64,000 bases of DNA, from positions 4,296 to 68,295 of the forward strand of contig JBAYFM010000007.1 of NCBI GenBank assembly GCA_041667185.1. The letters are read 5' to 3'. Each line of letters opens with the position of its first letter. Position 1 is the first letter of the stretch. Positions 1 through 8,311 of this stretch are shown here, piece after piece. This DNA comes from Patescibacteria group bacterium. Its GTDB lineage: Bacteria; Patescibacteriota; Patescibacteriia; SG8-24. Position numbers and translations under genes: made by a program. The notes beneath the pieces were generated by a model. The model saw only the letters and a list, made by a program, of their open reading frames with translations, was not told the origin of the DNA and did no database searches.

Positions 1-1374
1 GTGACCGTCGAACCAGAAACGGCCGGCGAGACCATCGATGGGGAGCGCGCTTACCGCGAAACTCTGGAACGCCTGAGCGAATTATCAAACGCGGTCATCG
101 TCCTGAAAATCCGCTCCGACCAGCCGACTGTCACCGTCGGCGACATCGAGCCGCTGCGCGACCAGATCGCCGCTGCCCTGGAACACGCGCCGCTCCGCCT
201 CAAGGCCAAAGAAGAGACCTGGACCGTTTCCCGGCAACTTGCCGCCGACTGGATCAGCGCCGTGACCGATCCGGCCGCGGGCCAGGGTTCCGCGGTCAGA
301 CTCGGACTCGATCGGACCAAGGTCGCGAAATACCTCGAAACCCGCGGCGGAGGCTTGCGCACTGAACCAAAGAATGCCGCTTTCGAGATGTCCGCCGCCG
401 GTCGCGTGGCCGTCTTCGAGCCCGGCCTCGACGGCGAAGAGATCGACCCCGAGGCCTCGATTATCCTGATCGAAACCCGGCTGTTCGGCGCCGACGAAGC
501 TGCTGTGAGCCCCGACGCCCTGATCCTGCCGTTCCGCGCGGTCCCGCCGCGGATCACCACGGCCGCCGCCAACCCCTTCGGCATCAAGGAGATCATCGGA
601 GTCGGCGATTCCAATTTCAAGAACAGCCCGACCAACCGCCGAACCAACATCAAGGTCGGCGCGGATTCCCTGAACGGCATCATCATTCCGGCCGGCGAAG
701 AATTCTCCCTGCTCCAGGCGCTCGGCCCCATCGACGGCGAGCACGGCTACCTGCAGGAACTGGTCATCAAACAGGACAAGACCGTGAAAGAATACGGCGG
801 CGGGCTCTGCCAGATCGGCACGACCACTTTCCGCGCCGTGATGAACGCCGGCCTGCCGGTCACGATGCGGCAGAACCATTCCTATCGCGTCCCCTACTAC
901 GAACGCGACGGCGCAGGAAACTACATGGGGCCGGGCAAAGACGCCACCATCTACGATCCCTGGCCGGACTTCAGATTCCGGAACGACACCGGCAACACCG
1001 TCCTGCTCATGACCGCGATCGACGGCAACCGGGTGACCTTCACGCTCTGGGGCGTCCTCGACGGGCGGAAAGCCGAGCAGGGTCCGGTCAAGGTCTGGAA
1101 CGAAGTGCCGCCGCCGGAAAAGAAGCTTATCGAAACGACCGATCTGAAACCCGGCCAGACCAAATGCACGGAGAGTCCGCATCCCGGAGCCGACACTTCT
1201 TTCACTTATACCGTCACGTCCTCGAACGGCGAAGTGAAAAAAACCGACTTCAAGAGCCACTACCGCCCCTGGGGCGAGGTCTGCCTTGTCGGCATCGACC
1301 CGAACGCGCCGCCGGCCGCGAATACCGCGCCAAGCCTGCCATCGATCGACGCCGCCGGGGCCGCGGGGAATTGA
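1..1374 (+). CDS. VanW-like domain protein (5' end truncated by window edge)
   Basis: ORF open from base 1; C-terminal half shows the VanW-family signature (GGGLCQIGTTTFRAVMNAG...NHSYRVPYY...DATIYDPWPDFRFRNDTGN). Confidence 0.6.
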   Translation: MTVEPETAGETIDGERAYRETLERLSELSNAVIVLKIRSDQPTVTVGDIEPLRDQIAAALEHAPLRLKAKEETWTVSRQLAADWISAVTDPAAGQGSAVRLGLDRTKVAKYLETRGGGLRTEPKNAAFEMSAAGRVAVFEPGLDGEEIDPEASIILIETRLFGADEAAVSPDALILPFRAVPPRITTAAANPFGIKEIIGVGDSNFKNSPTNRRTNIKVGADSLNGIIIPAGEEFSLLQALGPIDGEHGYLQELVIKQDKTVKEYGGGLCQIGTTTFRAVMNAGLPVTMRQNHSYRVPYYERDGAGNYMGPGKDATIYDPWPDFRFRNDTGNTVLLMTAIDGNRVTFTLWGVLDGRKAEQGPVKVWNEVPPPEKKLIETTDLKPGQTKCTESPHPGADTSFTYTVTSSNGEVKKTDFKSHYRPWGEVCLVGIDPNAPPAANTAPSLPSIDAAGAAGN

Positions 1375-1390
1375 TGGGGAAGGAAATCGG

Positions 1391-1456
1391 AGAGTGCAGG
1401 AGTGCAGGAGAGACGGAGCCACGTCGTTCGCGAACGACGTGGCGGAGAGACGATGA
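1391..1456. repeat. Composite intergenic repeat; 24-bp palindrome core CCACGTCGTTCGCGAACGACGTGG at 1419-1442 flanked by GAGTGCAGGAG x2 and GAGACGGAG units
   Basis: Perfect palindrome read directly; same core recurs at 5860, 8062, 28429, 34413, 54245. Confidence 0.8.
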
Positions 1457-1862
1457 AATATCCTAAAAGTGCGACCATAACAAAAGCGGGGGCCTGACGC
1501 TCCCGCTTTCATGATATATATCATTCTTTCGCCCTCATCTTTCACCGACTACCGTATTCTTTCACGGCAATCAAAAACACCTCAGGGAGTCGCGCTCAAG
1601 AAGATTATACTGAGGTGTCACTGAGTCGAAACCCGGTGTACCCTCGGCGTAACCCCCATGCTTGTCGTGAGCGCGATTCTCTGAGGTGTTGGTCAAAGAT
1701 CTCTGCTGACTTCGTAACGTTGTAGATTAGCAGAAGATGCCCCGCGTGTCAAGGGTCTGAATGCCTAATTGTCAATCAATTTAGCGAAAAAATATGCTTA
1801 AACATGGCAATCAAGGCTAAAATCAACGGCTGTCGTGTCAACTGATCGGGTGACAAAAATCG

Positions 1863-2045
1863 GGAGAAGTCATAAAAGAGACGGAGTCAGGGAGAGGCGG
1901 AGTGACGGAGCCATGTCGTTCGCGAACGACGCATCTCCATCTCTCCCTGATCCAATGAACGAGAGAGTGCGGGAGTGAAGGAGTTGGGGAGACCCGACAA
2001 AAACTCCCGCACTCCTGCACTCTCAAACTTCCCTACTCCGTCTCT
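1863..2045. repeat. Degenerate copy of the same repeat family (core CATGTCGTTCGCGAACGACGCATC at 1913-1936; GGAGTGAAGGAGTTGGGGAGACCCGAC / CTCCCGCACTCC arms)
   Basis: Shares GACGGAG, GAGTGCGGGAGTG and GGGGAGACCCGAC...CTCCCGCACT blocks with the 34408-34590 copy. Confidence 0.7.
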
Positions 2046-2249
2046 TCCTCAACCCCCGCCACGATTGACATGGCGGCCTTTTTATGATATATTGCTGGGT
2101 CGAGTTCTTTCACAAGCTTGAGGCGGTGCCGGACAAAAAACTCGCGGGTAGCGGGGCCTTCCAAGGTCGTCCGGGTCAGTGCAGGTTCGACTCCTGCTGC
2201 CGCCTCCAAATCCTTCCATCATCTTCGCCAAGAAGACCGAGGAGGTCTC

Positions 2250-2516
2250 ATGATGAAACCATTGACGCTGCCGCGCGGCGAAACGCCGCAGAGCGCCTAT
2301 GAGCTCGCCATGTCGAGCCAGTCATTTTTCCTCGCGGCGCAGATCGCCCTGCAGTTCAAACTCGGCGGTGACAAGATCCGCCGGGCCGCCAAACTGGCGA
2401 TCCGCCGTTATTTGGACCACGGTCACCCGGATATGGCGCTGAATACGATGGCCATCTTCGGTGTTCAAGACCGGCTCGCGGCATCCAATGAACGATGCTC
2501 GCTGTTGCCGAACTGA
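2250..2516 (+). CDS. Hypothetical small protein (88 aa)
   Basis: ATG preceded by GAGGAGG; no recognisable domain. Confidence 0.3.
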   Translation: MMKPLTLPRGETPQSAYELAMSSQSFFLAAQIALQFKLGGDKIRRAAKLAIRRYLDHGHPDMALNTMAIFGVQDRLAASNERCSLLPN

Positions 2517-2575
2517 TATGATACTAGTGCGAACTGAAACCCTGAACCTGCTGCAAGAAAGAATGGAGACATCTC

Positions 2576-2995
2576 ATGCATCCCATCATCCTGCCAGTCC
2601 AAAGTGATGAGAACCTGAAGGTCTTCGCTTACCCCGAAGGTGGCGGAATCAAGATCGGCCTGCGTGAAGGCGGTTACCTGAACGTCGGACTGTTCCGGGC
2701 GGCCTATCACAAGAAAGAGAGCATCGGCCAGACGCTCACGAGCGGACCAGTAACGGCCCAAGTGATCGCGCGCGGCGACGGGATCGAACTCGTCGTGACC
2801 ATCAAGCTGCCGCACGGCACGATCATCGAGCGGACCATCTCGCCCGCCGTCTGCGACGAGCTCGCTGAGCGCGTCAGTCAGGCCGACATGCTGCTTTACT
2901 CCTACGTCTACGACGACTCGGCGGATGTCGACCACAGCGTCCCGAAACCCCTGCCGCTGGAGCAGGCCGTTATCGACACTGTCGAAAAGGAGTGA
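2576..2995 (+). CDS. Hypothetical protein (139 aa)
   Basis: ATG with upstream GGAGA RBS; no recognisable motif. Confidence 0.4.
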   Translation: MHPIILPVQSDENLKVFAYPEGGGIKIGLREGGYLNVGLFRAAYHKKESIGQTLTSGPVTAQVIARGDGIELVVTIKLPHGTIIERTISPAVCDELAERVSQADMLLYSYVYDDSADVDHSVPKPLPLEQAVIDTVEKE

Positions 2996-3154
2996 TCTCG
3001 AACTTTCGAAGACGAGACACCAAGATCCCTGCTGCGCTTGCAGCGGGGGTCTTTTCATTTTCCGCGCCAGCCGAGGGAGGCCACATTGCCAAAACCCGCG
3101 GCCTAGGATTAACTGGGAGTGCTCTTTATAACCCCAGAACCCCGGAGGTCGGCC

Positions 3155-4138
3155 ATGGCCGGACACCATCATCATGACCACGACGGCACGGCTCGGACCG
3201 TGGCCGTGAATCTGACCGTCAACGCGACGCTCACGCTGGCCAAGTGGCTGGCCTATTTCCTAACCGGCTCGCCGTCGCTTTTCGGCGAAGCAGCCCATTC
3301 GACCGCCGACTCGCTGAATCCGATCCTGCTCTGGTTCGGCCTGCGCCGCGGCCGCCTGCCCAAGGACGCCGCCCATCCGCTCGGCCACGGCCGCGAGACC
3401 TTCTTCTGGTCGCTCATCGCGGCCGAGATGATGCTGCTCCTGGGCGCAGGACTGACCGCCTACCACGGGCTCAAGACCATCATCACCGGCGACCGCCCCG
3501 ATTACTCTCCCTGGTCGCTCGGCATCATGGGTTTCGCGCTCTGCGCCGAAGGCTTCACCCTGTTCCTGTCCTGGAAAAAGATCCGGCAGGAACGCGGCGC
3601 GACCCTCGCGGCCAAGATCCGCGGCACGAGCGACACCGTGACGCTCGGCATCCTGATTGAGAACGGCGTGGACGCGCTCGCGGTGCTCCTGGCTTTCCTG
3701 GGCTTCGGCCTGTTCGCGCTGACCGGCCAACCGCTCTGGGACGCGGGCTTCTCGCTCGCGATCGCCGCGCTGCTCGCGACCTCCTCGCTCTTTCTCATCA
3801 ACCGCAACCGGTCGCTGCTCGTCGGCGAGACCGCGCGGCCGGAGACCGTCGCCAGGATCATCCTGATCGCGGCCGTTCACCCGGCGGTCGACGTGGTCGT
3901 CGCCGCGACGGCGGTCATGCTCGACGCCGACCGGGTCCACTGCCATCTGCAGCTCAGGCTCAAGACTGACGGCTTCGTCTGGCGCTGGTGCTCCGGCCCG
4001 GCCGCGAGACCCTATCTCGCCGGCGACCCGGTGACCTGGACGCTCGACCAGCTGACCAAGGAACTCGCGTCAGTCCGATCCGCGATCAGATCCTCCGTAC
4101 CGGAAGTCGCTTCGGTCGACATCGAGATCGTCCGCTGA
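3155..4138 (+). CDS. Cation diffusion facilitator (CDF) family metal efflux transporter
   Basis: His-rich N-terminus (MAGHHHHDHD), TM helices, CDF motifs HSTADSLN and HPLGHGRETFFWS; RBS GGAGG 6 nt upstream of ATG 3155. Confidence 0.8.
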   Translation: MAGHHHHDHDGTARTVAVNLTVNATLTLAKWLAYFLTGSPSLFGEAAHSTADSLNPILLWFGLRRGRLPKDAAHPLGHGRETFFWSLIAAEMMLLLGAGLTAYHGLKTIITGDRPDYSPWSLGIMGFALCAEGFTLFLSWKKIRQERGATLAAKIRGTSDTVTLGILIENGVDALAVLLAFLGFGLFALTGQPLWDAGFSLAIAALLATSSLFLINRNRSLLVGETARPETVARIILIAAVHPAVDVVVAATAVMLDADRVHCHLQLRLKTDGFVWRWCSGPAARPYLAGDPVTWTLDQLTKELASVRSAIRSSVPEVASVDIEIVR

Positions 4139-4142
4139 CAAC

Positions 4143-4171
4143 AAAACGCTCCCCCTCGGGAGCGTTTTTTT
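4143..4171. terminator. Bidirectional intrinsic terminator (CGCTCCCCCTCGGGAGCG + T7)
   Basis: GC hairpin flanked by A- and T-tracts between convergent CDF and clpP genes. Confidence 0.6.
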
Positions 4172-4203
4172 CGCCTCTATCGGCGGGTCGCGGTCGTCCA
4201 GCC

Positions 4204-4806
4204 TCAGAAGATCTTGTCGATGATGCCGTATTTCAGCGCTTCCGGCGCGCTCATGAAATAATCACGGTCCGTGTCCTTCTCCACCTTGGCGAAAGCCTGG
4301 CCGGTACTGTCGGCCAGAATGCGATTCAATTGGTCCTTCATCTTCAGGATGCGCTCGGCGCGGATCTTGATGTCCGTGGCCTGGCCTTCGGCGCCGCCCA
4401 TGACCTGGTGGATCATGATCTCGGCGTTCGGCAAGGCGAAACGTTTGCCCTTGGTGCCGGCGGCCAAAAGGACCGCTGCCATGGAAGCCGCCATGCCGAC
4501 GCAGATCGTCGCCACGTCCGGCTTGATATAACGCATGGTGTCGTAAATGGCGAGACCGGCGGTGACCGAACCGCCCGGACTGTTGATGTAGATCTTGATG
4601 TCCTTGGTCTTGTCCTGGGACTCGAGGAACAGGAGCTGGGCGATGACGATGTTGGCCGTATCCTCGCTGATCATGTCGCCGAGGAAGATGATCCGGTCCT
4701 TGAGCAGGCGGGAGTAGATGTCGTAAGCGCGTTCGCCGTAGGTCGTCTTTTCGATGACCGTCGGGATGAGGATCTGGGAACTCAGCTCGTAGGGATTTTT
4801 AGGCAT
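4204..4806 (-). CDS. clpP: ATP-dependent Clp protease proteolytic subunit ClpP
   Basis: LIPTVIE...[19 protein letters not shown], catalytic Ser GMAASMAA and His MIHQ; start chosen at [19 protein letters not shown] (longer ORF to 4860 possible). Confidence 0.9.
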   Translation of the reverse strand: MPKNPYELSSQILIPTVIEKTTYGERAYDIYSRLLKDRIIFLGDMISEDTANIVIAQLLFLESQDKTKDIKIYINSPGGSVTAGLAIYDTMRYIKPDVATICVGMAASMAAVLLAAGTKGKRFALPNAEIMIHQVMGGAEGQATDIKIRAERILKMKDQLNRILADSTGQAFAKVEKDTDRDYFMSAPEALKYGIIDKIF

Positions 4807-4964
4807 AATAAATAGGCTATTTAGCGCTTTCATTATATAGGCGGTCGCCCCGGCTGGCAAACCCCGACCAAACCGATAAAAAATCGCCGGGTTGACGTTC
4901 CCGGACCGTCTGCTAAGGTGCGGACACTGTTCCTTGTCAACGAGACGTGCGAAAGGGGTACGAA

Positions 4965-5756
4965 ATGCGCACTTCGATGTCGATATCTTCGTCTTATCTG
5001 GCGGCGTTCTGTCTTTTCATTTGTCTGCCCGCCTGCGCTTTCCGGCAACACGGCCCCGAGGTCTTCAAAATCCAAGAGAACCGGCAGGCGACCTACCGCC
5101 TGGACAGCCCGTTCAATGGGCATGGTTCCGGCGTGGTCGTGAGCCGCGAAGGACACGTTCTCACGGCGGCCCACGTCGCCGTGGCCGGCGATCTCGAGAT
5201 CACCATCGAAGAGGGCGGTGGCATCATCCAGACCTACCCCGCTGAACTCATCAGCCTCGATCCTGATCACGACCTGGCCGTCGTCAAGATCGACCGGCAT
5301 TTCGACCATCCGGCCGTTCTCGAAGATCCGGCCGTTGTTCACCCGGGCGATGAAGTCTACAACGTCGGCTATCCCTACAGTTTCGGGGAAATGGTCGGCC
5401 GCGGTTACGTCCAAAAATTGGACTACGGCCTGACCAAAGATGACGGTACCGTAGTTATCCAAGACGCGATCCTGGTAGACATGCCTGATGGTCCCGGAAC
5501 TTCCGGCTCCGGCATCTTCCTGGCCCGCTCCGGCAAACTCATCGGCGTGATGAGCATGGCCTTCTGGATGAGCAACGGCGACATCCCACCGACCGTGACC
5601 CGCGTCCTAGCCTCGGTCGAGTACGCCCGCAAACTACTCGAATCCAGCGGCGTCCAATATCTGACTTCCGCTGACGCGCCCCGAGATGGCGAAGTCCTGG
5701 CTTACGATACCGACCTGAAGATTACCGTCCAGGCAGCTCCACTGGCCAAGCACTGA
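4965..5756 (+). CDS. Trypsin-like (S1) serine protease, probable lipoprotein
   Basis: Lipobox LPAC after signal peptide; catalytic His (TAAHV), Asp (DLAVVKI), Ser ([10 protein letters not shown]); RBS AAAGGGG. Confidence 0.75.
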   Translation: MRTSMSISSSYLAAFCLFICLPACAFRQHGPEVFKIQENRQATYRLDSPFNGHGSGVVVSREGHVLTAAHVAVAGDLEITIEEGGGIIQTYPAELISLDPDHDLAVVKIDRHFDHPAVLEDPAVVHPGDEVYNVGYPYSFGEMVGRGYVQKLDYGLTKDDGTVVIQDAILVDMPDGPGTSGSGIFLARSGKLIGVMSMAFWMSNGDIPPTVTRVLASVEYARKLLESSGVQYLTSADAPRDGEVLAYDTDLKITVQAAPLAKH

Positions 5757-5761
5757 CTCAA

Positions 5762-5787
5762 ACGGCTCCCCTCGGAGCCGTTTTTTC
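5762..5787 (+). terminator. Intrinsic terminator (GGCTCC-CCTC-GGAGCC + T6)
   Basis: Hairpin plus U-tract directly after the protease stop. Confidence 0.6.
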
Positions 5788-5820
5788 TTAAGTTGCGATC
5801 CTAGATAGAGACGGGAATCC

Positions 5821-5851
5821 AAAAAACGGGGACCGCGGTCCCCGTCCTTTT
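5821..5851. terminator. Bidirectional terminator (A6-CGGGGACCGCGGTCCCCG-TCCTTTT)
   Basis: Perfect 8-bp GC hairpin with flanking A/T runs; serves convergent genes. Confidence 0.55.
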
Positions 5852-5945
5852 GACTCCGTCACGTCGTTCGCGAACGACGTGGCTTCGTCTCTCCATGACT
5901 CCGTCTCTCATATAACTCCCCTCCCACTACTCCACTCGCCAGCAA
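5852..5945. repeat. Composite repeat copy (core CACGTCGTTCGCGAACGACGTG at 5860-5881 plus GACTCCGTC / CTCCGTCTC units)
   Basis: Same palindrome as 1419-1442, immediately 3' of a terminator. Confidence 0.75.
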
Positions 5946-6985
5946 TTCTCCCCCTCGCAGATTTTTCCCGGTACAGAAAACCCGGCCGCTTTGCGGTGTC
6001 CGCCACCACCCAAGGCCTTGGCCACCGACGACACATCAACATCAGCCGCGGCGCGGAAACTCCCCCGCACCTGGCCGCCCGGACCCTCTTTGAGGACCAG
6101 TACAACCCCCGCGTCGAGGATGCTGCCGAGCAGATTATACAGATCGTCCGTGGCCTCCTGTGCCTTGCCTGGTTCGAAGTCCGACAGGAAAAGCGCGGTC
6201 GAAGCGATGTCGAGCCGCTTATCGTGCTTGAGCCGCGCCATGGCCGTGCCATACAACCGAAGAGACGACAGAGGGCGGCTGCGAAAAACGCGTTCCGTGA
6301 TCAGGTTGGCGTCGGCCCCGCGGCGCAGCAAGTCGGAAGCCGCTTCCAGCGCAGAACGATTCGTCGCGGAATTGGAGAAAGCGGTCGTATCATAATAGAT
6401 GCCCGTCAACAGACAGGTGGCGATGTCTTCGCTTATTTCAGCGTTGATATGCCTCAGGAAACGATAAAATACCTCACTGGCAGAGGAAGCCTGCGGGTCG
6501 ACGACATTGATATCGCCGTAACGGTCGTTCACCAGATGATGATCGAATCCGATGAGCCGCGTCCGGGCCGGACGACTGGCGATCAGGTCGACCACGCCAG
6601 TCTGATTCAGGCCGCCGCAGTCGAAAACGACGCACAAGTCATGATCCGCGGCGAAAACAGATGTGTCAGTCGTGAACTTCTCGGCGCCGGCCAAAAAGCT
6701 ATATTTCTCCGGCACGGGATCCGCGCAATAGACCGCGACCTCGATCCCCTGTTCCAGGCAATAATTGACGAATGCCGAAGACGAACCCAAAGCGTCGCCA
6801 TCCGGACGCTGATGAGTGACCGCGAGTATCTTCTTGGCCCGAGCCAGCGCTTCCCGAGCGCTATCGAATGAAAATCTGATATCCATATGGGAATGGACTA
6901 ATGTATCCTTTACCCCAATGACGGTCAAGGGGCGGCTGCGGATTGACTTTTGGATCGGTTCGGTTATAATGCGATGTTCTTTCAC
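5927..6985 (-). CDS. nrnA: DHH-family phosphoesterase, NrnA-like (oligoribonuclease / pAp phosphatase)
   Basis: HQRPDGDALGS, DHH and DHHA1-type GGGH motifs; true start may be the internal MDIRF at 6886 (listed start is GTG). Confidence 0.7.
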   Translation of the reverse strand: MKEHRIITEPIQKSIRSRPLTVIGVKDTLVHSHMDIRFSFDSAREALARAKKILAVTHQRPDGDALGSSSAFVNYCLEQGIEVAVYCADPVPEKYSFLAGAEKFTTDTSVFAADHDLCVVFDCGGLNQTGVVDLIASRPARTRLIGFDHHLVNDRYGDINVVDPQASSASEVFYRFLRHINAEISEDIATCLLTGIYYDTTAFSNSATNRSALEAASDLLRRGADANLITERVFRSRPLSSLRLYGTAMARLKHDKRLDIASTALFLSDFEPGKAQEATDDLYNLLGSILDAGVVLVLKEGPGGQVRGSFRAAADVDVSSVAKALGGGGHRKAAGFSVPGKICEGENCWRVE

Positions 6986-7008
6986 ATCAGATCAAGAGGA
7001 GTCGAATC

Positions 7009-8022
7009 ATGGGAAAATACGAACGAGCCGGACAGTATGGCATCAACTGGGATGACATCCTGCGCAAAGAATACGTCTCTCGTCTGGCCGCCGCGCCATT
7101 CTTCGAAGAAGCCGGCTCGCTGCTCATGAGCGCCGGACTCATCTGGCAAGGACGCCTCGGCGCCGGCCGCATCCGCGGCCAAGAACTCACGACACTGGGC
7201 TACACGCTCCGAGAGGCCGGCCGCAACTGGCGGCACGGCGCTCTCAGCTGGTCGCCGCCGCCGGAATGGGAGTCGTGCTACAGCCATCTGTTGGCCGAAT
7301 TCCGCGATCACCGATCCTTCAGCACCGACCGCCGGAACAGCGATCAGTCGCCCCGCCGGCACCCGCAAGCCGCCCGCACGCTCGTGGCGGCCACGATCGC
7401 GCTCGTCCAGGACCAGCTGCCGGTCATCGGCGCCACCGGACGTCACCTCTATCGCGACGACGAGGTCAAAAAATGCGAGGATCTGCTCGAGACCCTCGGC
7501 GAACATCCGGCCTCCGAACAGCCCGACCTGCCGCTCACGCAAGCCCGGATCGATCTCCTCGGCCTGCGCGCCGCGTACCGGACCTGCGAAGGCTTGTGCT
7601 GCTCGGTCGGTACGATCTGGATCTACGCCCAAACCCAAAAGGAATCCTCGGACAGGGAACCCGCCACGAAGCTGTGGTATACCCGAGGCGAAGCGTTCCG
7701 CGAACTGGCCAAGGCAGCCTACCTGCGTTTCGCCGCGGGACAACCCGAAAGCATCCGGGACTCGCTGCTCGACGCCCGCGACGACGCCATCGCCTACGGC
7801 TACGACGAACGCCACTACGCCAGCCGCGACGAGATCGCGGTGAGCGAAAAGCTGGCCGAAGCGCTCATCGACGTCCTGTTACAACTCACAGGCGAACGCT
7901 ATGGCCGCGAAGCCGCCGCGGACGCTGCCAACATCATGCGGATACAGGCATTGCCGGCCGCGGAAAGCTCAGATAAGCAGCTGACGCCGCCGCCCAAACA
8001 ACTGGCTGAACCCAAAAAATAA
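7009..8022 (+). CDS. Hypothetical protein (337 aa)
   Basis: Good RBS (AAGAGGAG) and terminator downstream; no recognisable domain. Confidence 0.5.
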   Translation: MGKYERAGQYGINWDDILRKEYVSRLAAAPFFEEAGSLLMSAGLIWQGRLGAGRIRGQELTTLGYTLREAGRNWRHGALSWSPPPEWESCYSHLLAEFRDHRSFSTDRRNSDQSPRRHPQAARTLVAATIALVQDQLPVIGATGRHLYRDDEVKKCEDLLETLGEHPASEQPDLPLTQARIDLLGLRAAYRTCEGLCCSVGTIWIYAQTQKESSDREPATKLWYTRGEAFRELAKAAYLRFAAGQPESIRDSLLDARDDAIAYGYDERHYASRDEIAVSEKLAEALIDVLLQLTGERYGREAAADAANIMRIQALPAAESSDKQLTPPPKQLAEPKK

Positions 8023-8026
8023 GCTC

Positions 8027-8052
8027 AAGGACCGCCTCGCGGTCCTTTTTTT
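8027..8052 (+). terminator. Intrinsic terminator (AGGACCGCCTCGCGGTCCT + T7)
   Basis: Hairpin plus T-run after the 7009-8022 stop. Confidence 0.65.
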
Positions 8053-8100
8053 CGCCTCCATCACGTCGCTCGCGAGTGACGTGACTCCGTCAAAAATCTC
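8053..8100. repeat. Composite repeat copy (core CACGTCGCTCGCGAGTGACGTG at 8062-8083)
   Basis: Palindromic variant of the family core, again directly 3' of a terminator. Confidence 0.7.
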
Positions 8101-8311
8101 TGGCCCAGGGCCAGAGATAGATCAATATAAGCGAATCCCCTGCACCCCGCACTACCTAGTGCTGGGGAATGGGGACGGGCCGCAAAAACCGATCGTCCGA
8201 CCAGTCGCCCTCGGGCATTGCGATTCCGCCTCAAACTGCTACAATTTTGAGGCGCTGTGGAAAGGTCGGACTTCCGGACCAGAACCATCATCCCGCCGGC
8301 GCCTCCTGATT

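Noticed and set aside
85-1545. Long antisense ORFs opposite real genes (e.g. 85-1545, 10955-12502, 14645-16111, 21894-23201, 45067-47814, 47881-49740, 49879-52053, 54963-56318, 58855-59739)
   Set aside because: Typical stop-codon-poor shadow frames of a ~62% GC genome. Each lies entirely within a well-supported gene on the other strand (VanW, kinases, rpoC, rpoB, ftsK, recA) and has no motifs or RBS.
5879-6871. 330-aa plus-strand ORF overlapping the NrnA-like gene
   Set aside because: It lies fully antisense to a DHH/DHHA1 protein with clear catalytic motifs and has no recognisable motifs itself.
8081-8311. N-terminal extensions of listed ORFs (smc from 8081, mgtC from 38706, membrane protein to 43207, yebC to 44305, ftsK from 54918, 52729 start of the Cys-rich protein)
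   Set aside because: The extensions are Arg/Pro-rich translations of GC-rich non-coding DNA. Conserved N-terminal motifs and RBSs identify internal ATGs as the real starts.
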